Part shown: positions 55,063 to 64,000 of the stretch, piece after piece | How positions within the stretch are numbered: the stretch's first letter is position 1 | Layout of the letters: each line of letters begins with the position of its first letter | Source: Phormidium sp. | Lineage (GTDB): Bacteria; Cyanobacteriota; Cyanobacteriia; Cyanobacteriales; Aerosakkonemataceae | DNA: 64,000 nt | Direction of reading: 5' to 3' | Assembly (NCBI GenBank): GCA_051013385.1 | Contig: CP143273.1 | Span: forward strand, 1,984,001 to 2,048,000 | The notes under the pieces: model-generated | Database searches by the model: none | Seen by the model: only the letters and a program-made list of their open reading frames with translations | What the model was told of the DNA's origin: nothing | Position numbers and translations under genes: made by a program

Positions 55063-55190
55063 TAAGCTGTGGAGCATTTAAATCACTTATTAACGAGTAG
55101 GGTGCGTCAGACGGTAAAGCCTGATATAGAAACGAAAATATCCCCTTCTGACGCACCCTACCATAAGACTTTTAAATGCGTAACAGCTTA
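55063..55190. repeat. Nested inverted-repeat element (MITE/REPIN-like)
   Basis: Outer 20-bp IR TAAGCTGT..GCATTTAAA (17/20 match) enclosing perfect 15-bp IR GTAGGGTGCGTCAGA (55097-55161). Confidence 0.8.
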
Positions 55191-55216
55191 TTAAAAGTCA
55201 GCTACAAAACAGAAAA

Positions 55217-55760
55217 ATGCTAAAATCGCGGAATACTTTTATTATTCTGGCAATAATTTTAATTGTGGGTTTTTTAGGATACCAAATTGAAATTGTTAGT
55301 TCCCACTGATATTACACCCCAAAAAGCTCAACAATTGGCATTTGCAATTAATAATCCAGCCGGAGGTTATAAAGTACCAAGTTTAATCGGTTTGGCTGTG
55401 ACTGCGCCTTATCTTCATGATGGTGGAGTAGCTGCGGGAAGAGATGCAATTGAACTTAATGAGCAGGGAAAATTGACAATAACAAATTCCGATCGATTAG
55501 GTATGGCAGGGACATTAATGCAAGGAATTTTACCTGATGCTGATGCTAGTTTGCGGGTGTTGGTAGATAGGAGATTGCGGGAAAAAGCGATCGCCAATAA
55601 TCGCTCTAATCCCGACTTAAAAAAAGCCAATGTTGATGGTAGTGGACACAATTACTGGGTAGATAAACCAGCAGGTTTTAGTAGAGACGATCAAACTGCT
55701 TTGGTTCAATATCTACTATCTTTAGATGACAATCCAGAAGTACTACCTCAAGAGCAATAA
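55217..55760 (+). pseudogene. Internally deleted cytochrome c peroxidase-like/diheme oxidoreductase gene
   Basis: Signal-peptide ORF MLKSRNTFIILAIILIVGFLGYQIEIV from 55217 is out of frame with C-terminal YKVPSLIGL..TAPYLHDG...LVQYLLSL; no CxxCH remains. Confidence 0.6.
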
Positions 55761-55768
55761 ACCTTATT

Positions 55769-55874
55769 GTAGAGACGTTGTATACAACGTCTCTACCGCC
55801 TACGCAAAAAACCCGGTTTCTCGCAAAAATCTAGAGGTTTGATACTCTTCGTTGACGCAGAAACCGGGTTTTTG
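55769..55874. repeat. Adjacent palindromic repeats
   Basis: Perfect GTAGAGACGTTGTATACAACGTCTCTAC followed by one AAAAACCCGGTTTCT...AGAAACCGGGTTTTT unit. Confidence 0.85.
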
Positions 55875-56134
55875 AATCCTAGTGCGTAATACTTTAAACA
55901 GGATCTTTCATCGCCAAAGCGCGTCTGAATCAACATAGAGCTACAAGTAACAATCTTCCCCCTTTCTGGTCATTGATTACCTGTTACCATTTTGGCTACC
56001 ATAAAGAACATCATGAACATCCTCATCTTCCCTGGTGGAAACTGCCAGAAGTTTACCAAAAATAGTTGACTAATTTTGAATAATTAACCTCAGCAATAGA
56101 CAAGAAAAATCATCAGTTTTGATTCAGCACTTTT

Positions 56135-56207
56135 CAGGTAACTGAGGTACAAAGAAACCCGGCAACTTCTGCGAAACCGGGTTTCTTTTGTGTACTTCAT
56201 AAACCTG
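56135..56207. repeat. Long imperfect hairpin of the AAACCCGG family
   Basis: CAGGT..TGAGGTACAAAGAAACCCGG...CCGGGTTTCTTTTGTGTACTTCA..ACCTG. Confidence 0.65.
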
Positions 56208-56309
56208 CAATCTGCTGTATGTTCATACTCAAGACTGATTAAACTCATTTAGTCACTTGGCACGATGATCGCAAATTCAAAAAAATTTAGCATAATCAGA
56301 GGTGGAAAA

Positions 56310-56783
56310 ATGCTTAAATCTTGGATGGTAATCGGAGGCATAACTTTAATAGTTGCCCTTGGTACTATTTTGATGAGACCGCGTGATACAGTTTGGGGAG
56401 TGGAATTACTCCGACCTCAATGGTTAGTTTTTGAACCTGCTATTCCTTTCATTTGGACTGTGATTTTTATTTGTGGTGCAGGGTCAGCTATTCTGATTTG
56501 GGAAAAAGATCCAGGTAGTTTAAAAACTTGGCTAATCATGGCGCTTTACCTAATTTTAGAAGTAGTGACAGTAGCTTATATTCCCATAACGCTAAGGTTA
56601 AAAAGCTTGAAAGTTGGCTTAATACTAGGAGCTACGGGGTTAGTTTTAGGTGTTTCACTAACACTTTTAATTTGGCCTATTTCTGGCTTGGCTGCTGCTT
56701 TATTAGTACCTTATTTGCTTTGGAGTCCAATTGGCACTTACACTACTTGGGAAATGATTCAACTCAATCCAGAAGCAGCTTAA
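56310..56783 (+). CDS. tspO: TspO/MBR tryptophan-rich sensory protein
   Basis: L.RPQW...IPFIWT...LLVPYLLW motifs; about 5 TM; start MLKSW. Confidence 0.85.
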   Translation: MLKSWMVIGGITLIVALGTILMRPRDTVWGVELLRPQWLVFEPAIPFIWTVIFICGAGSAILIWEKDPGSLKTWLIMALYLILEVVTVAYIPITLRLKSLKVGLILGATGLVLGVSLTLLIWPISGLAAALLVPYLLWSPIGTYTTWEMIQLNPEAA

Positions 56784-56938
56784 AAATTGATTTTTTGTTT
56801 TTGAGTGTGGCTGCTAATTCGTTAATCTTACCTTAGAGGTAGTGAATTAAATAGCATAATTACCTCCAAGGATGAAGAAATTGTAACCTCTGCTTTTTAT
56901 GATGATCCCAGTAGTGAAATAAAAAGAGGATGTTATTT

Positions 56939-57184
56939 ATGGCTGTGAAACAAATCGAAGACTTATCTCCTGAAGTTAGAGAACAATTAGCTGATGGTTC
57001 TGAGCAATATTTTCTAGCAGCTTTCAATAGCGCCTACGAAAATGAAATGGATGAAGAATCTGCTATGAATGTAGCTTGGAATAGCCTGGGTGTAAACTTT
57101 GAAAAAGGTCAAGATGGCAAATGGCACAAGAAGCCAGAAGAACCAGGTATCCATTACAAACCTGTTACTTCTGGTGGTAACTAA
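56939..57184 (+). CDS. chaB: ChaB family protein
   Basis: FLAAFNSAYE...AMNVAW...FEKGQDGKW. Confidence 0.8.
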   Translation: MAVKQIEDLSPEVREQLADGSEQYFLAAFNSAYENEMDEESAMNVAWNSLGVNFEKGQDGKWHKKPEEPGIHYKPVTSGGN

Positions 57185-57297
57185 GTAGCAAAAAACAACC
57201 TATTCGAGCCAAAAATTATTTACATATTCTGTAGGCAATTTACACCTGTGGTTTTAAAATTTCCCTCCCTTTTGATTCGGCGCGAATAGGTGAGTAC

Positions 57298-57389
57298 AAA
57301 AAAACCCTTGATTAATGGAATTTACCAATAATTAAGGGTTTTTTTAGACGCTTATAAGATCCCCGACTTCTTCAAGAAGTCGGGGATCT
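57298..57389. terminator. Hairpins between convergent chaB and SRPBCC genes
   Basis: AAAAAAACCCTT...AAGGGTTTTTTT plus the 33-bp palindrome at 57357-57389. Confidence 0.55.
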
Positions 57390-57406
57390 CTCAGCTAATG
57401 TTAAAG

Positions 57407-58093
57407 TTAACTGTGACCAACAGGTTGTCCTGCGGTGGTAGCAATTTCTCCGGCTTCCATTAATTGTTTAAAGCGGCGCAAATCATCTCCGATTTGTTGT
57501 TCTGGTTCTTCACCAAAAAGTTTGGCGATCGCAGCCCCCAAAGCACCCCCAGGCGGGTTATATTCCATCACAACTTTTACTTCCGTACCCCTTCCCGCTG
57601 GCGCAGGTTGGAAGCGCACAAAACCAGAATTATCTACATCTGCACCTTCTAAAGAAGCCCAAGCAATTAAATGATTTTCTTGCTCATTAATAATCTCAGC
57701 ATCCCACTCAACGCTGTTACCCATAGGTGCATTTGCTACCCAATGAGAGCGTTTTTGATCGAGTACTCTCACCGATTTCAAGTGTTTCATAAAAGTTGGC
57801 AAGTTCTCGAAATTGTGCCAGTAACGATACAATTCTTCCGGTGATTTATTAATAGTTACTGTCTTTTCCACTATGATATTTTGACTCATTCCTGTTGCAT
57901 CCTCTACGCCACTTTTTCCACCAACACCTTGATACACTAAACCGCCACCTGCAAGAGCCATCAACGCACCCCGAAGCGATCGACGTGATAAGCCATAAAG
58001 TACCAGTGCGCCACCACCAATTAAGGATGCCCATTGTCCAGCATCCTTGGTATCTTCTGGTTGATTAGTAGTGTTTTGTTTGGTAATTTCCAT
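57407..58093 (-). CDS. SRPBCC/polyketide cyclase-like protein with N-terminal membrane hairpin
   Basis: TVTINKSPEELYRYWHNFENLPTFMKH...SHW...WDAEI...DDLRRFKQLME. Confidence 0.88.
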   Translation of the reverse strand: MEITKQNTTNQPEDTKDAGQWASLIGGGALVLYGLSRRSLRGALMALAGGGLVYQGVGGKSGVEDATGMSQNIIVEKTVTINKSPEELYRYWHNFENLPTFMKHLKSVRVLDQKRSHWVANAPMGNSVEWDAEIINEQENHLIAWASLEGADVDNSGFVRFQPAPAGRGTEVKVVMEYNPPGGALGAAIAKLFGEEPEQQIGDDLRRFKQLMEAGEIATTAGQPVGHS

Positions 58094-58167
58094 CCGTTTG
58101 TCTCCTGAAAATACTAAAAGTTCATGATTCATAATTAAAAATTTAATGAATCATGAACTAGAGCAAA

Positions 58168-59331
58168 TTAATAACGAAAAACAGCTGCTAAGGGAGCGCG
58201 ATCAGGAACTTTTTCTGGTTCAACAGCATAGACAGTTCCCCCATTTAAAATAGTTTGAACTGCGGCTGAATCTAATAAATCTTCATCTCCTGTTTCCGGT
58301 TCAGGATGCAGTTCAATTGTGTTATTTTGGGGATCGAAATTACCCCACTGTTGCACTCCAACAGCTACGAATAATTGCTCAACTCGCCCATAATATGCTG
58401 CGGGAACAGTTTCTTTAATATCAGTTGAAGCTCTTTGAGCAGCGGCGGATTCTTGGTAATAAGCGATCGCTTCTTGCTGCGCCTGTGAAAATATCGGTTC
58501 CACAATTTGCCAAGCTTCACTTTGTAATTCTTCGGGAGTCGAGATTTTGGTATTCCCGGTAATTCCTTCTTCTACTAAATGCGCGTAAGTATTAGCTTCT
58601 CGGTAAATTGGGAAGAGATATTCTACTCCAGTTAATACCAATGGTGCGTTTTTTCCTTGCAGATATTTGTGGATTCCGCGATCGACTAAAAAGAAAAATT
58701 GCAACAAATCTGTCTTAATATTATCTCTGTCTGGACTTCCTTGCCCGTGATAACTACCCGATCGTTGAAAAGAATTACTAGTTCCACCTTTTGTTGTGTT
58801 AATGCGGAATTGTCCCTCTTTAGCAGTCTCATCATACATGAGCGCTTCATCCATATTTTTGGGGACATCCTCTAACTCAATTTTTTTTACATCATAACGG
58901 GTACATTCTAATAGTTTAATCTGATCTTGACTCAAACTCAAGATGTAAAATATTCCATCATTAGTTAATAGAGGTAACAGCGGTTTTAGATGGAAATGGT
59001 CGGTAACAACAGCTAATTCAGCAAAGTTTAATGGTAAGCGGTAATAATGAAATACTCCTTCAGCTAGAAAAATTGCTAACCCATTATTTTGATGTTGCCA
59101 AAAATCTTGACGATCAAGATCGTGAGCAGGCTGCAAAAATTTTCCTGCTTCCGATTCATTTAAACCATGTTCCAGTAATAATTCTTCTGCCTGACGAATG
59201 AGATTTTTAAACCTTATGGGATTCTGTTGTGTTTCTTGTCCTAAACGGCAAGTAGGCATATAAATTGACACACAGAGTCCTTTCGGTTGTTCAACTAAAT
59301 TTTTTAACTCATCTATAGATAATAGACTCAT
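58168..59331 (-). CDS. Bacterial aeRF1-like protein (baeRF3/baeRF7 type)
   Basis: CVSIYMPT...IRFKNL, FHLKPLLP, PLVLTG, GRVEQL, C-terminal L7Ae-like TILNGGTVY...AAVFRY. Confidence 0.8.
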   Translation of the reverse strand: MSLLSIDELKNLVEQPKGLCVSIYMPTCRLGQETQQNPIRFKNLIRQAEELLLEHGLNESEAGKFLQPAHDLDRQDFWQHQNNGLAIFLAEGVFHYYRLPLNFAELAVVTDHFHLKPLLPLLTNDGIFYILSLSQDQIKLLECTRYDVKKIELEDVPKNMDEALMYDETAKEGQFRINTTKGGTSNSFQRSGSYHGQGSPDRDNIKTDLLQFFFLVDRGIHKYLQGKNAPLVLTGVEYLFPIYREANTYAHLVEEGITGNTKISTPEELQSEAWQIVEPIFSQAQQEAIAYYQESAAAQRASTDIKETVPAAYYGRVEQLFVAVGVQQWGNFDPQNNTIELHPEPETGDEDLLDSAAVQTILNGGTVYAVEPEKVPDRAPLAAVFRY

Positions 59332-59760
59332 GTTATCTCTTCTCCCAAATCTTTCTAAAATTGCTAATTGCCGTCTATTCTTTACACTTTATCTCTGTTA
59401 ACTTATCTACTCTTCTGCCTTTAGTAACAATCGCAAGGATGATTTTTAAAATTTTCCACTTAAGATAGATGTAAATAATATATTGTTTGTCTAAAATAAA
59501 CCGCTTTTAACTACTTTTGCTAAGAAAAAATGCACATCTTGGGATAGATTGCAAGACTACTCTTCCGATAGAAAAGAATCTTAATAATTACGATTAACCT
59601 ACTAGATAAGCAACCAAAAGATTAGGCAAGTATATTTCTGCCTGAGAGAGTTTTTATTTGCTAATAAAGCTGGCAGCTTTATGTAGCCAAGTTTTTGCTT
59701 GGCGTTGATTTTTAGTGGCTTAAATTCTCAATTCACGCAATTAAAAGTAACTAACCAACT

Positions 59761-60696
59761 ATGGATAAATTGACACATCATCAAAGTTCTGTACAGATTT
59801 CGGAATTTGTTAGTAACCTGAGAAATGGAATTTGGCTGTTAGGAATTCCCTCTTGGTTATTTGGAATTACCGATCGCAGTATGGCAACTCTAGCTGATGG
59901 TTATCTATCAGCGATGGATTTCATGCAACTACTGACAGCTTCTCTGTTCTTTTTAAGTTGGCTAGTCTTGAAACCCGATCAAGTAGAAATCAATACTTAT
60001 CCTACGGATATAAGTTTGGTTCCTCATGAAATTAACCCAGATTCAGCACAAAATAGGATGCTGGAACTCCGCAAATTGCACATGATTAGTCAGGAGTATA
60101 TATTACCCTTTTCTCATCTTTGCCAAATCTACCACTTGTTAAATTTAAAACATCTAGAAACAGTTCACAGTTTTAGTCTCAGTAACCTGAGAGTTGTTTC
60201 AGTTACGCATTTTCAACCGACGGCTATAGGGGGAATTATTAAATTCCAAACCATGCTAGATTCGGCTTTTAATACGCTGAGAATTTGGCGACAACCAGTA
60301 GTAGAAGTAATTCTAGCTTTGCATAACCCACACACTGTAGAACTGAATATTCCCGTTTATGGCAATAAAAGAATTGTTGTCATGTTTAATGTCGAACCTA
60401 TTAGTGATAAAGAACACAAGTTATTTATCGACATTTACAGCAATCTCAATTGGCCCAAACCTTGGTTGCAACTTTTATTACATCTGGCATCTTGTTTAAC
60501 TCTGTTTGAAGACTTGCCATATTTACAGAAGTTAGCCGAAAGAAATATTGACCGTTTATTTAGTGCTAGTATGGTTTCAAGTCACGAAACTGCTTGGTTA
60601 TTTAGAAGGTTTGTTGAGTTGTATGGTTCGGCTCGGAAATCTTCTCAACCCATGAAAATGCTTGATTCAAATGATACAGTTTCAGAGATTGCTTAG
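59761..60696 (+). CDS. Hypothetical protein: N-terminal TM segments plus possible Rieske-oxygenase catalytic-like domain
   Basis: Hydrophobic N-terminus; HLLNLKHLETVH, LFEDLPYL and LFRRFV motifs. Confidence 0.7.
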   Translation: MDKLTHHQSSVQISEFVSNLRNGIWLLGIPSWLFGITDRSMATLADGYLSAMDFMQLLTASLFFLSWLVLKPDQVEINTYPTDISLVPHEINPDSAQNRMLELRKLHMISQEYILPFSHLCQIYHLLNLKHLETVHSFSLSNLRVVSVTHFQPTAIGGIIKFQTMLDSAFNTLRIWRQPVVEVILALHNPHTVELNIPVYGNKRIVVMFNVEPISDKEHKLFIDIYSNLNWPKPWLQLLLHLASCLTLFEDLPYLQKLAERNIDRLFSASMVSSHETAWLFRRFVELYGSARKSSQPMKMLDSNDTVSEIA

Positions 60697-60743
60697 ACCG
60701 ATCGCAATCTACCAAAAAACTATTCCTGACCAACAAAACTCTT

Positions 60744-61223
60744 ATGAATCAACCAAACAATCAACTAGGAAGATTCGTTGCATCTGGTGTTTTACTAGGT
60801 ATGGGTGCTGCTGCTTTCTTCGATGGCATAGTCCTACATCAAATCCTCCAATGGCATCACATGGTATCAAGTATTCGACCGTTAAATACGGCGGCTAATA
60901 TTGAGTTGAACACTTTCTGGGATGGAGTTTTTCATGTAGGTGCGTCTCTATTGACGGTAGCGGGATTAATCTTGTTTTGGCAGGCAACTGCTAACAGTAA
61001 AGTTCCTCTCTCTTTAAAAAGTTTCGCAGGTTCTTTCCTAATTGGTGCAGGTTCTTTTGACTTTGTTGAAGGTCTAATTAATCACCAATTTTTAGGCATT
61101 CATCACGTAAAACCTGGGCAAAATCAATTGGCGTGGGATATAGGATTCTTAACTTTAGGTCTGTCGCTGGCTGTTGTTGGTTGGTTTTTATTAATGAAAG
61201 ATCGAGAGGAGGTAAAGACTTAA
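60744..61223 (+). CDS. DUF2243 family membrane protein
   Basis: FFDGIVLHQILQWHHM, WDGVFH, EGLINHQFLGIHHV, WD. Confidence 0.88.
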   Translation: MNQPNNQLGRFVASGVLLGMGAAAFFDGIVLHQILQWHHMVSSIRPLNTAANIELNTFWDGVFHVGASLLTVAGLILFWQATANSKVPLSLKSFAGSFLIGAGSFDFVEGLINHQFLGIHHVKPGQNQLAWDIGFLTLGLSLAVVGWFLLMKDREEVKT

Positions 61224-61399
61224 ATTAATAAAACAGTCATTAGTGGTAAACCTGCGATCGTAGAAGCTAAAAAAGTCCAAACACAAAAACTCTCTAAGTC
61301 TTCTTGCTCTAATGCTGTTCCCATTTGTACCATTGACAAAGGAAAAATGACTAACAGCAATGCGGCAATTACTATGTATTCTAAAGCTAACATCATCAT
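61220..61399 (-). CDS. Unannotated 59-aa two-TM small protein
   Basis: Manual translation MMMLALEYIVIAALLLVIFPLSMVQMGTALEQEDLESFCVWTFLASTIAGLPLMTVLLI*; AAGGA upstream. Confidence 0.6.
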   Translation of the reverse strand: MMMLALEYIVIAALLLVIFPLSMVQMGTALEQEDLESFCVWTFLASTIAGLPLMTVLLI

Positions 61400-61539
61400 G
61401 GCTTATCCTTGTTTATATCGTTGGATGATGATCGATTTGCTGCTTTCGTAAATCCCTCCATAGTATGAATGACTAGCTCTATTTTTGTGTAAATTTAATT
61501 ACAAATCAATTGATAAAATCAGCTAAAGGAGTAATTACT

Positions 61540-62334
61540 ATGGGGAGCTTGTTCATCGAAAAGCAAGTTTATTTGGCAGATAGTAATATCTATTACCTAG
61601 AAGCAGGAAACCCTGCTAAATCTACTTCTATATTATTCATTCATGGCTGGTCTGTATCAATTGAACCTTATCAAGAAATCTTAAATATCTTATCGCAACG
61701 TTATCACGTAGTCGCACCATATTTGCCTGGTTTTGGAAAATCAACAGCGCCCCATTTTGTGAAAGATTATAGCGATTATGCCGCATTATTAATTGATTTT
61801 TTAAAGGCTTTAAATCTGCACCCAGTACATATTGTGGCTCATTCTTTAGGCGGCGCGATCGCAATGGCATTAGCAGCTTTAAAACCTGATTTTGCCAAAA
61901 GTTTAATAGTAGTGGATAGTACAGGCATTCCGATGAATTCATTGCCGGAAGTTGTATTACGAAGAGCGATCGAAATGTCTGCTCAAATGTGGCAAGCAAA
62001 ACCAAAACCAACCCTAGCTATACTGGAGCGTGTACTTTACAATAGCCTGTTTAATACTAGAAAAGTCATAGAAACAGCTAGGATAGTCTTAGAAAGAGAT
62101 ATTCGCTCAATTTTGCCTCGAATTAATACTCCTTGTCTAATTATTTGGGGTGCAAATGATTTACTCACTCCGATCGCAATGGCTAAAGAATTTGCTCGAA
62201 GTATAAAAGGTTCCAAACTAGTAATTATTGAGGGTGTTTACCATGAATGGAACTTCTTTTTTACAGAAACATTTACAAAAACTGTCTCAAATTTTATTGA
62301 TGAACTTGAGCTTATGTATGTTGTTGCGCTTTAG
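61540..62334 (+). CDS. Alpha/beta hydrolase
   Basis: FIHGW, LPGFG, AHSLGG, WGAND and catalytic His (VYHEW); stop lies within the tandem repeat. Confidence 0.9.
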   Translation: MGSLFIEKQVYLADSNIYYLEAGNPAKSTSILFIHGWSVSIEPYQEILNILSQRYHVVAPYLPGFGKSTAPHFVKDYSDYAALLIDFLKALNLHPVHIVAHSLGGAIAMALAALKPDFAKSLIVVDSTGIPMNSLPEVVLRRAIEMSAQMWQAKPKPTLAILERVLYNSLFNTRKVIETARIVLERDIRSILPRINTPCLIIWGANDLLTPIAMAKEFARSIKGSKLVIIEGVYHEWNFFFTETFTKTVSNFIDELELMYVVAL

Positions 62335-62857
62335 CGCTTTTATGCTTATGTATGTTGTTGCGCTTTAGCGCTTTTATGCTTATGTATGTTGTTGCGCTTT
62401 AGCGCTTTTATGCTTATGTATGTTGTTGCGCTTTAGCGCTTTTATGCTTATGTATGTTGTTGCGCTTTAGCGCTTTTATGCTTATGTATGTTGTTGCGCT
62501 TTAGCGCTTTTATGCTTATGTATGTTGTTGCGCTTTAGCGCTTTTATGCTTATGTATGTTGTTGCGCTTTAGCGCTTTTATGCTTATGTATGTTGTTGCG
62601 CTTTAGCGCTTTTATGCTTATGTATGTTGTTGCGCTTTAGCGCTTTTATGCTTATGTATGTTGTTGCGCTTTAGCGCTTTTATGCTTATGTATGTTGTTG
62701 CGCTTTAGCGCTTTTATGCTTATGTATGTTGTTGCGCTTTAGCGCTTTTATGCTTATGTATGTTGTTGCGCTTTAGCGCTTTTATGCTTATGTATGTTGT
62801 TGCGCTTTAGCGCTTTTATGCGAGTGCAAATAAGAGCGCTAAAGCGCAACAACGTAC
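62310..62857. repeat. 15 perfect tandem copies of a 34-bp REP left arm followed by one inverted right arm
   Basis: Unit GCTTATGTATGTTGTTGCGCTTTAGCGCTTTTAT, period 34 from 62310 to ~62821; TAAGAGCGCTAAAGCGCAACAACGTAC at 62831-62857. Confidence 0.95.
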
Positions 62858-63999
62858 TAAGGTTTCAACAAAACTTTAATGCAATTATCTTTTTTATGCT
62901 TAAAGATTTCCAAACCTTGTTTAGCTTCTGCCAAGGGCAAAGTATGAGTAAAAACTTGCGACGGATCGATCTCGTTGTTAACTACTTTTTCTAACAACAT
63001 TGGCATATATTTTTGCCCGTGCATTTGCCCCATTTTGAAGGTTAAACTTTTGTTGAAAGCTGCACCCATTGGCATTTTATCGACAAAACCACCGTACACG
63101 CCCATAATTGAAAGAGTGCCACCTTTACGACAAGCTACCATCATTTGTCGCAACACGGGAGGGCGATCGGTCTCTAAGCGAATAGTTTGTTTTGCTTCAT
63201 CAAAAAAGCCTTCTAAACCCATGCCATGTGCTTCTAATCCGACAGCATCAATGCAGGCATCAGGGCCTCTACCTCCGGTCATTTCTTTTAATGCTTCTCC
63301 GGCATCAATTTCTTCGTAATTAATAGTTTCTGCTTGGGCAAAATCTCGCGCCATTTGCAATCTTTCGGGGACGCGATCGATCGCAATTACCCGTTCTGCA
63401 CCCAACATATAAGCGCTTCGCATTGCGAACAAACCTACGGGCCCACAACCCCAAACTGCCACAATATCTCCGGGTTGAATATCACACATATCCGCACCCA
63501 TAAAACCTGTAGGAAAAGCATCAGAAATTGGCAATAATTTTTCGTCAGGAATGCCATGAGGAACTTTTACTGCACCATGATCCGCAAAGGGAACGCGCAC
63601 ATATTCGGCAAAAGCGCCAGCATAACCGCCAAACAAATGCGAGTAACCAAAAATTCCCGAAGTACCAAAACCATAAACTTTTTCTTGCATCCAACCGTTA
63701 GGGTTAGAATTATCGCATAATGACCAGGATTGTTGTTTGCAAAAGAAGCATTCGCCGCAACCAATGATGGAAGAAACAACTACGCGATCGCCTACTTTTA
63801 ACTTTTTAACTCCTGACCCAATTTCTACTACTTCACCCATAAATTCGTGACCTAAAATGTCACCTTTTTTCATGGTGGGAATATAACCATCATAAATATG
63901 TAAATCAGAACCACAAATGGTTGCTGAGGTGATTTTTAAAATGGCATCTTTGGGATTGAGGATTTTTGGTTCGGGAACTGTTTCTTGCCTGACATCATT
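62857..63999 (-). CDS. Zinc-dependent (formaldehyde dehydrogenase-like) MDR dehydrogenase, 5' end outside window
   Basis: Frame open to window edge with ICGSDLH; GHEFMG, CGECFFC...C, GCGPVG. Confidence 0.92.
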   Translation of the reverse strand, partial: NDVRQETVPEPKILNPKDAILKITSATICGSDLHIYDGYIPTMKKGDILGHEFMGEVVEIGSGVKKLKVGDRVVVSSIIGCGECFFCKQQSWSLCDNSNPNGWMQEKVYGFGTSGIFGYSHLFGGYAGAFAEYVRVPFADHGAVKVPHGIPDEKLLPISDAFPTGFMGADMCDIQPGDIVAVWGCGPVGLFAMRSAYMLGAERVIAIDRVPERLQMARDFAQAETINYEEIDAGEALKEMTGGRGPDACIDAVGLEAHGMGLEGFFDEAKQTIRLETDRPPVLRQMMVACRKGGTLSIMGVYGGFVDKMPMGAAFNKSLTFKMGQMHGQKYMPMLLEKVVNNEIDPSQVFTHTLPLAEAKQGLEIFKHKKDNCIKVLLKP

Positions 64000-64000
64000 A

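Noticed and set aside
62310..62821. CRISPR array (34-bp repeat with small hairpin)
   Set aside because: Units are head-to-tail with no spacers and derive from a dispersed REP arm
62794..62994. 66-aa ORF
   Set aside because: Starts inside the repeat and runs antisense to the dehydrogenase

Overview
This window is chromosomal DNA from an AT-rich cyanobacterium, probably filamentous and Oscillatoriales-like; the HIP1 octamer GCGATCGC occurs throughout. It holds about 50 protein-coding genes. Housekeeping genes include ligA, truB, cobU, glgX, rnz, asnS, ggt, pmgA and tldD/pmbA. There are also three hybrid sensor kinases, a receiver-adenylate cyclase, a Crp regulator, a ParDE toxin-antitoxin pair, an exopolysaccharide (hps-like) trio and a stress-gene island at about 50.5-64 kb. 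No tRNA, rRNA or true CRISPR array was recognised. Intergenic DNA is dense with REP/REPIN-like palindromes, two of which are amplified into tandem arrays (6 x 75-79 bp and 15 x 34 bp). The best candidate for an undescribed system is a translationally coupled DUF488 + DUF488 + dual-OB operon (48495-50279). One of its proteins carries a beta-clamp-type motif (QLTLF) and another an SSB-type tail (DDEIPF), suggesting a replisome-tethered DNA-processing or defence module. Other leads are a membrane-anchored Rieske-oxygenase-like catalytic domain lacking the Rieske domain, a tnpB relic with an intact right end, a 27-bp in-frame hairpin insertion in a kinase PAS domain, an unannotated 59-aa membrane protein, and a recurring upstream motif in the stress island. 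All family assignments come from recalled motifs; no database searches were run.
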